A stretch of 64,000 nucleotides of DNA from Chitinophaga pinensis. Lineage in GTDB: Bacteria > Bacteroidota > Bacteroidia > Bacteroidales > GCA-2748055. Location: contig CAMAZH010000006.1 in NCBI GenBank assembly GCA_945863035.1, positions 2,264 through 66,263 on the forward strand, in the 5' to 3' direction. Numbering within the stretch: position 1 is the first letter of the stretch; every line of letters begins with the position of its first letter. Shown here piece after piece: positions 48,683 through 56,560 of this stretch. The position numbers and the translations under genes were made by a program. Under the pieces are notes generated by a model. That model worked only from the letters and a program-made list of their open reading frames with translations, was not told the DNA's origin and ran no database searches.

Positions 48683-50899
48683 ATGAAGTTTTTATTTATT
48701 TCCTTAGTGGGATTATGCCTTGTCGTTAGCATTTCAGCCCAAAAGACTGGTTATGTAACGGGTAAGGTGTATGAAATTGACGAACACGGGCATAAAGAGC
48801 CCATGGAATTCGTTAACGTTTACTATTCTCTTTCGAGGGAAGGCGTCATTTCCGGACAAGACGGAGCATTTATGATCAGAAATCCTCTGCCCGAAGATGG
48901 CAAAGAGCTTGTGTTTAGCTATATGGGATACAAGCCAGACAGCATTTCGGTTCAGAAGGGAATGCCGGAAATTGAATTGGTAATGAAGTCGTCACTCGAT
49001 ATTCAGGAAGTTAGCATTGTGAAACGCAAAGCCGGCGAGTTTACCAGCCGTTTAAACACCCTGCCCACCCAGGTTACTACCGAGGCGGGCTTGCAGAAGC
49101 TTGCCTGCTGCAATATCGGGGAATCGTTTGAAAACAGCGCAACAGTTGATGTCGGATATACCGATGCCGTTTCGGGTGCCCGAAAGATCCGGATGCTGGG
49201 ACTCGATGGCAAATACAGCCAGTTCCTGTACGAAAACATTCCTTCCCTCAGAGGCCTGGAGTCGGGATTCGGGTTAAGTCACATCCCCGGTCCATTTATG
49301 GAATCCATACAGGTTTCCAAAGGAACATCCTCCGTATTGAACGGCTACGAGTCCACCACAGGACAGATTAATGTAGAATTCAAAAAGCCCGACAACAGCG
49401 ACAGGCTCTTCGTGAATTTGTTTGCCAACACGGAAGGCCGGTACGAAAGCAACTTTACTACCGCCCAGACGATAAACGATCGCTGGAGCACCATAATGTT
49501 ATTTCATGCTTCAACCAATTCGGGAGAAATCGACCACAATAAGGATGGGTTTCTGGATGTGCCTCTAACACAGCAGCTCAACTTCAATAACCGCTGGAAA
49601 TATGCAATCGGTGAAAACCTTCATGCCCAGTTTGGTGTGGAGGTTTTGGACGAGAGCAGGGTAGGGGGACAAGTCGGATTTCAGGATGATGCCACGGGTC
49701 TTTACGGGATCAACATCGATCTGCAGAAATTCAGGGCCTACGGCAAGCTTGGATTTGCCTCTCCCTCGAAACCCTATGAAAGCATAGGCTGGATCAACTC
49801 GTTTACCTGGTTCGATCAGAAATCGAAATTTGGTTTGCGCGACTACAACGGTAGACAGAAAAGCTATTTCTCAAATCTCATATGGCAGACCATACTTGGG
49901 AATACCAATCATCAGATCAGCAGCGGCTTATCTTTCCAGTACGATGAGTACCGCGAGTATTTTGTTGATGCGGAATCCCTGAGAAAAGAGATTGTTCCCG
50001 GCGTTTTTTCGCAGTATACCATGACTCTTCCGGATCAGATGGTGTTGATGGCCGGGGCCCGACTCGACCATAATTCGAAGTATGGCTTGTTGTTTACACC
50101 CCGACTTCATCTGAAGTACGACCTTACCCATACCCTCATTGCCCGTGCCACCTTGGGAAGGTCGTTTCGTTCGGCCAATGTCGTGAGTGAAAACATGAGT
50201 TTTCTGTCCAGCTCGCGGCAGTTTGTAATCGATGGAGAGTTTGAGCTGGAACAGGCCTGGAACTCGGGATTGAATCTCACGCAACACCTTCATTTCCCCG
50301 ATCAGCGCGAGGGAACCCTTTCGCTGGACTATTACCGCACAGAATTTGTGAATCAGGTAGTGATTGATCTGGACCGGAACGTTCATCAGATCAATTTTTA
50401 CAATCTCAAGGGGCGGTCCTATTCCACTTCGGTGCAGGCTGAGTTTACGGCCGAAGTCATCAAGAGGCTCGAACTCACCCTGGCCTATCGCTTTAACGAT
50501 GTTAGGGTCAGCCAGCTCGAGGGTCTGCAGGAAAAGCCGTTTGTTGTGAGGAATAAGGGTCTTTTCAGCACGAGTTACGCAAGCCCTTTCGAAAAGTGGA
50601 AAATCGATCTGAACGTTCAATTCAACGGAAGTTCACGGTTGCCCGACACAAGCGACAGTTTACCGGAATACCGGTTGGCGGAACGCTCGCCCTCCTTTTT
50701 TATCGTTCATACCCAGTTGACACGGAAATTCAAATGGTTTGATGTTTATACCGGGGTTGAGAATCTCACCGGTTATACACAGAAGAATCCGATCATATCG
50801 GCCGACAATCCATTTGGGGACAGTTTCGACGCAAGTATGATCTATGCCCCGATATCGGGCAGGATGTATTATGCCGGATTACGTTTCAGGATTAAATAA
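48683..50899 (+). CDS. TonB-dependent receptor with N-terminal carboxypeptidase-regulatory-like domain
   Basis: Start moved to the ATG at 48683 (MKFLFISLVGLCLVVSISAQ). CarbopepD_reg-like beta-sandwich, a plug with an LACCNIGESFEN motif, a 22-strand-length barrel, and a terminal RF-x-x C-terminus (YAGLRFRIK). Confidence 0.9.
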   Translation: MKFLFISLVGLCLVVSISAQKTGYVTGKVYEIDEHGHKEPMEFVNVYYSLSREGVISGQDGAFMIRNPLPEDGKELVFSYMGYKPDSISVQKGMPEIELVMKSSLDIQEVSIVKRKAGEFTSRLNTLPTQVTTEAGLQKLACCNIGESFENSATVDVGYTDAVSGARKIRMLGLDGKYSQFLYENIPSLRGLESGFGLSHIPGPFMESIQVSKGTSSVLNGYESTTGQINVEFKKPDNSDRLFVNLFANTEGRYESNFTTAQTINDRWSTIMLFHASTNSGEIDHNKDGFLDVPLTQQLNFNNRWKYAIGENLHAQFGVEVLDESRVGGQVGFQDDATGLYGINIDLQKFRAYGKLGFASPSKPYESIGWINSFTWFDQKSKFGLRDYNGRQKSYFSNLIWQTILGNTNHQISSGLSFQYDEYREYFVDAESLRKEIVPGVFSQYTMTLPDQMVLMAGARLDHNSKYGLLFTPRLHLKYDLTHTLIARATLGRSFRSANVVSENMSFLSSSRQFVIDGEFELEQAWNSGLNLTQHLHFPDQREGTLSLDYYRTEFVNQVVIDLDRNVHQINFYNLKGRSYSTSVQAEFTAEVIKRLELTLAYRFNDVRVSQLEGLQEKPFVVRNKGLFSTSYASPFEKWKIDLNVQFNGSSRLPDTSDSLPEYRLAERSPSFFIVHTQLTRKFKWFDVYTGVENLTGYTQKNPIISADNPFGDSFDASMIYAPISGRMYYAGLRFRIK

Positions 50900-50917
50900 A
50901 CAATTAAAAAAAAAGAG

Positions 50918-51373
50918 ATGAACCAAACACGTTTTAAACAAAGCACAGACTTGTATGATCAAAAATTGCATATAAACTCTACCCTGATCCATGGAAACAA
51001 TAGGATTCGGGTGAAAACAGTTATTTTGATCCTTTGGATCTTTGTGTTCGGACCGGCTGTTTTGCTGGCTCAGGAGCAAGCAAGCAAGATGGTTCAGAGC
51101 AAAATCCAAACCACAGCGCAGTGCGACATGTGCAAGGAAAGGATAGAAACCGCTATGGCCTTTGAAAAGGGGGTAAAGAGTTCCAATCTTGATCTGGACA
51201 CAAAAATCCTTAGTGTGGAGTACAAAAGGGGAAAGACCAGCGTTGAGGACTTGCGCCTGGCAGTAACAAAGTTGGGCTATGATGCGGATGACATGAAGAA
51301 GGATGAGAAGGCATATGCCAAATTGCCGGGATGTTGCAAGATGCCCGATGATCCCGATCATGTGAAACACTAA
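50918..51373 (+). CDS. heavy-metal-associated (HMA) domain protein with N-terminal anchor
   Basis: CDMC (CxxC) in a beta-alpha-beta-beta-alpha-beta-length domain. C-terminal LPGCCKMPDDPDH tail. Hydrophobic segment VILILWIFVFGPAVLLAQ. The start is uncertain; a GTG near 51011 is an alternative. Confidence 0.7.
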   Translation: MNQTRFKQSTDLYDQKLHINSTLIHGNNRIRVKTVILILWIFVFGPAVLLAQEQASKMVQSKIQTTAQCDMCKERIETAMAFEKGVKSSNLDLDTKILSVEYKRGKTSVEDLRLAVTKLGYDADDMKKDEKAYAKLPGCCKMPDDPDHVKH

Positions 51374-51430
51374 TAAAAAAACCCCGCTTCAACTCCCGTA
51401 AGTACGGGAAGTTGAATGGGGTATTTTTTT
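51374..51430. terminator. bidirectional intrinsic terminator
   Basis: An A-run, a long imperfect hairpin (CCCCGCTTCAACTCCCG / CGGGAAGTTGAATGGGG), then a T-run. Lies between the HMA gene (+) and gpmA (-). Confidence 0.75.
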
Positions 51431-51507
51431 GCTGGTAAAATGATTTGGGCGGTATCTGCCGCAAGCTTTTTGGAACTTTCGTGTTTTACAAAGAGTTCCT
51501 AAAGGAT

Positions 51508-52254
51508 CTACTTTGCTTTTCCCTGATTGGCCACTGCTTCCATGGCTTTTTTAACAGCTTCCTCATCACCAAGATAATAGTGTTTGATGGGTTTGAGGTT
51601 TGCATCCAGTTCGTAAACCAAAGGAAGTCCGGTGGGGATATTCAGTTTTAAAATCTCCTCTTCGCTCATGTTGTCGAGGTATTTCACCAGGGCGCGAAGA
51701 CTGTTTCCGTGTGCGGCAATAATTACTTTCTTACCGGTTTTGATAGTAGGAGCAATCGTTTCGTGCCAAAGCGGAAGAAAACGGTCAACGGTGTCTTTCA
51801 GACATTCGGTGAGAGGAAGATCTTTTTCCGGTACACCGGCATAGCGTGGGTCGTTCCCGGGATAGCGTGGATCGTTCTTTTCAAGAGCTGGAGGTGGAAC
51901 ATCATAGCTCCTTCTCCAAATCAGCACCTTGTCTTCACCGTGAAGGGCAGCCGTTTCTGATTTGTTAAGACCCTGCAGACCGCCATAATGACGCTCGTTG
52001 AGTCTCCATGATTTTACAACGGGGATCCAAAGAAGATCCATTTCATCGAGAGCAAGGTTAAGGGTCCGGAGCGCCCTTTTCAATACCGATGCGTATGCGA
52101 TATCGAAGGTAAATCCGTTTTCTTTCAAAACTTTACCTGCGCTTTTTCCTTCCTGAACCCCTTTTTCAGTAAGATCAACATCTGTCCAGCCGGTAAACCT
52201 GTTATCCAGATTCCACTGACTTTCTCCGTGCCTGAGAAGTACAACTTTATACAT
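51508..52254 (-). CDS. gpmA: 2,3-bisphosphoglycerate-dependent phosphoglycerate mutase
   Basis: 248 aa. [10 protein letters not shown] catalytic His motif and [10 protein letters not shown]. Confidence 0.95.
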   Translation of the reverse strand: MYKVVLLRHGESQWNLDNRFTGWTDVDLTEKGVQEGKSAGKVLKENGFTFDIAYASVLKRALRTLNLALDEMDLLWIPVVKSWRLNERHYGGLQGLNKSETAALHGEDKVLIWRRSYDVPPPALEKNDPRYPGNDPRYAGVPEKDLPLTECLKDTVDRFLPLWHETIAPTIKTGKKVIIAAHGNSLRALVKYLDNMSEEEILKLNIPTGLPLVYELDANLKPIKHYYLGDEEAVKKAMEAVANQGKAK

Positions 52255-52297
52255 AATGAGTTATGGATTTGATTAATAAATTTTTCCTTTGGGAAAG

Positions 52298-52305
52298 CAA
52301 AGATA
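52298..52305 (-). promoter_or_regulatory. -7 promoter box TATCTTTG (minus strand)
   Basis: The reverse complement of CAAAGATA, 44 nt upstream of the gpmA ATG. Suggests gpmA has its own promoter. Confidence 0.4.
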
Positions 52306-52406
52306 AGACAAAAGACAAAAGGATAAATACAAAAGTGTTGAAAAAGCGACAAAATCCGAAGGCTTCCCAAAATAATTCCCCGGTGTGAGGCTTACAAGGC
52401 ACGGTT

Positions 52407-53687
52407 TTATACGACTCCCTTGTATTTGTAGCCTAAGTCGTTAATGGTTTTTTCAGTGTTGCCAAGGTTGATGTTTTCACCTTCAAGGCTCACGTGACCG
52501 CTGGCCAGATCTATTTTCACATCGGTAATCCCGGTCATTTTTTTCAGGTTGGTCTCAACATTCATTTTGCAATGGTTACAGGTCATACCCTCTACCAAAA
52601 TTGTTTTGATCTTCATAGTATTGATGTTTTCGTTTGCTGAGTGTTTCTTTTTTTTATTGAAAAGAAACGGGAGATAGATTCGTAACAATCCGTTGATCAT
52701 GAGGCCGGTAAGCAGGATAGCCGAGCCCACCTGAAGCCAACGGGGGAGGATTTCGTGGTTGTGTTCGCCCGAGTGGATATTGTGGATTGCGCTCATAAAG
52801 AGGTTTCGGGGGAGTAGCTCGTTTACCAGGATTCCAAAAAAAAGGGCTCCGGAAATAATGGAAAACATATAGATAAACAGGGTTTTACGCCCCATGGTGT
52901 TTCCGATTACTGAAATGGTTGCCGCGTTGGTAGCCGGTCCGGCCATAAGAAACACAAGGGCGGCGCCCGGGGATAGACCTTTCATCATAAGCACGGCTGC
53001 GATGGGAACCGATCCGGTGGCGCAAATGTAAAGGGGTATCGATGCCAGAAGGATGATCAGCATACTGAGGTAGTCGTTGGAGAGGTACCTGAGGAAGAAA
53101 TCCTCGGGGATGATTACCGCCATTAATGCTGCAATCAGCAAGCCGATGGAGAGCCACTTTACAATATCCTGAAGGAAATCCACAAAGGCATATCGCAGCA
53201 TGCCGGGTATGCCCACTTTCTTCCTTACCGTTTCCACCGGAATATTTTTTTCCGGGGGATTGGCTTTGTTCGCCCGGTTTTCCGAAATGTTTGTAAGTAT
53301 ACCTCCCAACACACCGGTTACAAGCGCTATGATGGGACGAATAACAGCCATAGGCCATCCCAGAAGCGAGCCTGTGACCATTATGGAATCCACGCCGGTT
53401 TGAGGGGTTGAAATGAGAAAAGACACCGATGATCCCTTTGAGGCCCCGTTGCGGTAAAAGCTCACTCCGGTTGGGATAACCCCGCAGCTGCAGAGCGGAA
53501 GCGGAACGCCCAGCAGTGCTGCTCTAACCACTGAAGCCGTATTGCTTTTTCCGAGGTATTTCACCATTTTTTGGTCCGGAAACCAGGCGTACAACATGCC
53601 GGCAAACAAAAAGCCCAGCATCAGGTATGGAGCCATTTCTATGGTAAGTTCCACAAGCTCCCCGACATATAATAAAATCCATTCCAT
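52407..53687 (-). CDS. DUF318/ArsP-like permease fused to a C-terminal HMA domain (resembles the 'SO_0444 family Cu/Zn efflux transporter')
   Basis: 426 aa. Polytopic, with a PLPLCSCGVIP motif. The C-terminal 70 aa read ILVEGMTCNHCKMNVE... (an HMA CxxC). Confidence 0.8.
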   Translation of the reverse strand: MEWILLYVGELVELTIEMAPYLMLGFLFAGMLYAWFPDQKMVKYLGKSNTASVVRAALLGVPLPLCSCGVIPTGVSFYRNGASKGSSVSFLISTPQTGVDSIMVTGSLLGWPMAVIRPIIALVTGVLGGILTNISENRANKANPPEKNIPVETVRKKVGIPGMLRYAFVDFLQDIVKWLSIGLLIAALMAVIIPEDFFLRYLSNDYLSMLIILLASIPLYICATGSVPIAAVLMMKGLSPGAALVFLMAGPATNAATISVIGNTMGRKTLFIYMFSIISGALFFGILVNELLPRNLFMSAIHNIHSGEHNHEILPRWLQVGSAILLTGLMINGLLRIYLPFLFNKKKKHSANENINTMKIKTILVEGMTCNHCKMNVETNLKKMTGITDVKIDLASGHVSLEGENINLGNTEKTINDLGYKYKGVV

Positions 53688-53691
53688 AGTT

Positions 53692-54612
53692 CTACTCCCC
53701 GTTTGAAATCATTGTTCTATAACCGTCTGTCCTGTACTCGAACTGAAGGGTTATGTGGTCGATACTAAAAGAATCACGAAGAATGGTTTCGATTTGATTG
53801 CGCAAAACATCAACCTCGCTTAACAACATATCTTCATTAACATCAACATGCGCCTCAAAATGAATAAGCTGATCCGTAAGGTTCCAGGCATGGATGTGGT
53901 AAATATTTTTCACACCCTCTATTTTTTCAATTTCAGATTTTATCTCAATCAGGTTGAGGCATTCAGGGGTGTGCTGCATCAGGATTGCAACGGCCTGACG
54001 GAGTATTTCAATGGTTTCCTTAAGTATATACAGACCGATTAAAAATGTAATCAAGGGATCAACCCAATACAACTCGAAATACAGCATCATCAATCCGCCA
54101 ATAATCACAACAACCGACGAAAGACTATCGCCGATAAGGTGAATGTAGGCCGCTTTAACATTAAGGTTTTTCGCAGAGTCTTTTTTCAAAATCACAACGG
54201 CATAGATATTTGCCAGAAGGCCTACTGCAGCCACAGTCAGCATAACCAAGGAATTTACAGGTTGGGGATCCTGAAGGCGGAACCAGGCTTCCTTAAACAG
54301 GTAAAAGCTGAGAACAATAAGGGTAACGGCATTAAACAGGGCGGCAAGGATTTCGATTCTCTTGAGTCCAAAAGTAGCTTTCGGGGTGGAGTCACGGCTG
54401 CTAAGCCTTAAGGCAATCCAGGCGATAAAGGTCGCAACTGCATCTCCCAGGTTATGAAGGGCGTCGGAAAGGAGGGCGAGGGAGTTGGAAAACAATCCGC
54501 CCACCAGCTCAACGGCAGTGATAAGCAGGTTCAGGAGCGTTACCCAAAGCAGATTTTTCGAATTTATCTTTTTATTCCCGTGGGAGTGGCTATGGGAGCT
54601 GGTTTGATGCAT
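53692..54612 (-). CDS. czcD: CDF family Zn/Co/Cd efflux transporter (CzcD/ZitB-like)
   Basis: 306 aa. His-rich N-terminus (HSHSHGN), LLSDALHNLGD and HLIGDSLSS metal-site motifs. Confidence 0.88.
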   Translation of the reverse strand: MHQTSSHSHSHGNKKINSKNLLWVTLLNLLITAVELVGGLFSNSLALLSDALHNLGDAVATFIAWIALRLSSRDSTPKATFGLKRIEILAALFNAVTLIVLSFYLFKEAWFRLQDPQPVNSLVMLTVAAVGLLANIYAVVILKKDSAKNLNVKAAYIHLIGDSLSSVVVIIGGLMMLYFELYWVDPLITFLIGLYILKETIEILRQAVAILMQHTPECLNLIEIKSEIEKIEGVKNIYHIHAWNLTDQLIHFEAHVDVNEDMLLSEVDVLRNQIETILRDSFSIDHITLQFEYRTDGYRTMISNGE

Positions 54613-54615
54613 TTC

Positions 54616-55431
54616 CTATAAAAATAAAAGCAAACTGACGGCCATGACGCCCATCCCTGCTACGAGTCCGTAAATGGACAAGTGATGCTCCCCATATTCC
54701 CGGGCTGTGGGCAGAAGTTCATCGAGCGAGATGAAGACCATGATTCCCGCAACTCCGGCAAAGAGAACCCCTGAGAGGGTTTCGCTGAAAAAATTTCGCA
54801 GCAGGAAGAAGCCCACCAGTGCGCCCAGCGGTTCTGCGAGACCGGACATAAAGGATAACAAAAAAGCTTTCTTTTTGTTCCCGGTGGCAAACGAGACCGG
54901 AATGGATACAGCGATACCCTCGGGAATATTGTGGATAGCGATAGCCACAGCGATGGGTATTCCCAACTTGGGGTCTGCTAATCCTGCGGCGAAGGTGGCC
55001 AATCCCTCGGGAAAATTGTGTATGGCAATCGCAAGAGCTGTAAAAAGCCCCATGCGGTAAAGCTTTTTGTCTTTTGCGGCTTTTGACGGGATCATTTCCT
55101 CAACATGATGAATTTCGTGGGGATTTTCGCCCGAAGGAATGAGCTTGTCGATGATGGCAATAATCAGAATTCCCCCGAAAAAGGCAAGAACGGTATACCA
55201 TGATCCGATTTTGTCGCCATAAATCTCAGTCATTGAAATTCTTGCTTTCTGAAATATCTCAACCAGTGAGACGTAGATCATTACCCCGGCAGAAAAGCCC
55301 AGGGATACCGAGAGAAACCGGGTGTTGGTTGTTTTGGTGAAGAATGCCAGGGCACTTCCTATGCCCGTTGCCAGTCCGGCAAAAAGTGTAAGGCCAAAGG
55401 CAAACAGTATATTTTGGGTGCTGAGATCCAT
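54616..55431 (-). CDS. zupT: ZIP family zinc transporter ZupT
   Basis: Start moved to the ATG at 55429-55431 ([14 protein letters not shown]...). [12 protein letters not shown] and [13 protein letters not shown] motifs. Confidence 0.88.
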   Translation of the reverse strand: MDLSTQNILFAFGLTLFAGLATGIGSALAFFTKTTNTRFLSVSLGFSAGVMIYVSLVEIFQKARISMTEIYGDKIGSWYTVLAFFGGILIIAIIDKLIPSGENPHEIHHVEEMIPSKAAKDKKLYRMGLFTALAIAIHNFPEGLATFAAGLADPKLGIPIAVAIAIHNIPEGIAVSIPVSFATGNKKKAFLLSFMSGLAEPLGALVGFFLLRNFFSETLSGVLFAGVAGIMVFISLDELLPTAREYGEHHLSIYGLVAGMGVMAVSLLLFL

Positions 55432-55442
55432 AATTAATTTGA

Positions 55443-55461
55443 TATAATGAAAATCATTTTT
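55443..55461. promoter_or_regulatory. Fur-family (Fur/Zur-like) box candidate upstream of zupT
   Basis: TATAATGAAAATCATTTTT matches the E. coli Fur consensus GATAATGATAATCATTATC at 15 of 19 positions by hand count. Core palindrome AATGA-AAA-TCATT. Lies 12-30 nt upstream of the zupT ATG. Confidence 0.45.
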
Positions 55462-55565
55462 GTAAGGGAAAACACAAAGCATATCCCGACAGAGTTGTGA
55501 ATCGGAACAAGTTCGGTCTGTCACGGCATAACAATACCCCATACTGCGCAGCCCCGGCGAATAGT

Positions 55566-56423
55566 TTATGAGTGCGTTTTGCCATATTTGCGCAACCATA
55601 TAAGCAGGCCGATTCCAAGCATGATAAAGGGCAGACTAAGAAGCTGACCCATATTCATGTGCCATTGGGAAATCATGTTCAACTCGAAGTCTGACTGTTC
55701 GAATTTCAAGTATTCAATGAGGAAGCGCGTGGCAAACAGAGCGATGAGGAACCAGCCGAAAATAACGCCATCCTTGAGTTTTTCTCCGTATTTGCGAATG
55801 ACCCAAAAGAGGATGAAAAACAGGAGGAGGTAACTCAGGGCCTCGTAAAGCTGGGTGGGGTGACAGGGTAGGTGTTTGCCGAGAATTTCGCCGGTATTCG
55901 GATCGGAAAAAGTGACCCGGGAGTTGTCGCGCACAAAGCGGAAGCCCCATGGCAAATCGGTGGGCCGGCCGTATATTTCGGAGTTCATGAGGTTCCCCAT
56001 ACGAATGAAAAAACCGCCAAGAGCTGTAACCACGCTGATTCGGTCGATTAGCCAAAGAAACGACATCTTGTTTTTCCTGACATACAGGTATAAGGCTACA
56101 AGGATCCCAATGGATGCGCCATGACTGGCAAGTCCGCCTCTCCAGATCTGCAGGATCTCAAGCGGGTTTTTCAAATAGTATGCGGCATCGTAAAAAAAGC
56201 AATGCCCGAGTCTGGCGCCAATAACCGTGCCCAGAGCAATATAAAGAGTTAACTGGTCGAGTTTCTCGGTTGAGAGGCCTTCCTTTTTAAAATAACGGTT
56301 GAAAATAATGTACCCAAAAAGGAATGCGCAGGCAAAAAGTACGCCGTACCAGCGGATGCCAAATGAATCCGACAGTTTTATCAGCCAGGGGTTAACATCC
56401 CAAACAATGCTAAGTATGTTCAT
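55566..56423 (-). CDS. lgt: prolipoprotein diacylglyceryl transferase
   Basis: 285 aa. [15 protein letters not shown], and a GGLASHG motif. Confidence 0.92.
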   Translation of the reverse strand: MNILSIVWDVNPWLIKLSDSFGIRWYGVLFACAFLFGYIIFNRYFKKEGLSTEKLDQLTLYIALGTVIGARLGHCFFYDAAYYLKNPLEILQIWRGGLASHGASIGILVALYLYVRKNKMSFLWLIDRISVVTALGGFFIRMGNLMNSEIYGRPTDLPWGFRFVRDNSRVTFSDPNTGEILGKHLPCHPTQLYEALSYLLLFFILFWVIRKYGEKLKDGVIFGWFLIALFATRFLIEYLKFEQSDFELNMISQWHMNMGQLLSLPFIMLGIGLLIWLRKYGKTHS

Positions 56424-56530
56424 CTTTGTGTTTTTAAAAAGAGTTTAAACTTACAAAATATAATCTGCATAGAGGGTTAAGCGTTTTAAAATTTTCGACC
56501 GCCTATGATTCCTTTCCTGGTAATTCTTTC

Positions 56531-56538
56531 TAAATTTG
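56531..56538 (+). promoter_or_regulatory. -7 promoter box TAAATTTG
   Basis: Exact TAnnTTTG 23 nt upstream of the TTG start at 56561. Confidence 0.45.
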
Positions 56539-56560
56539 CGTGTTATCAAAATATTGAAAT

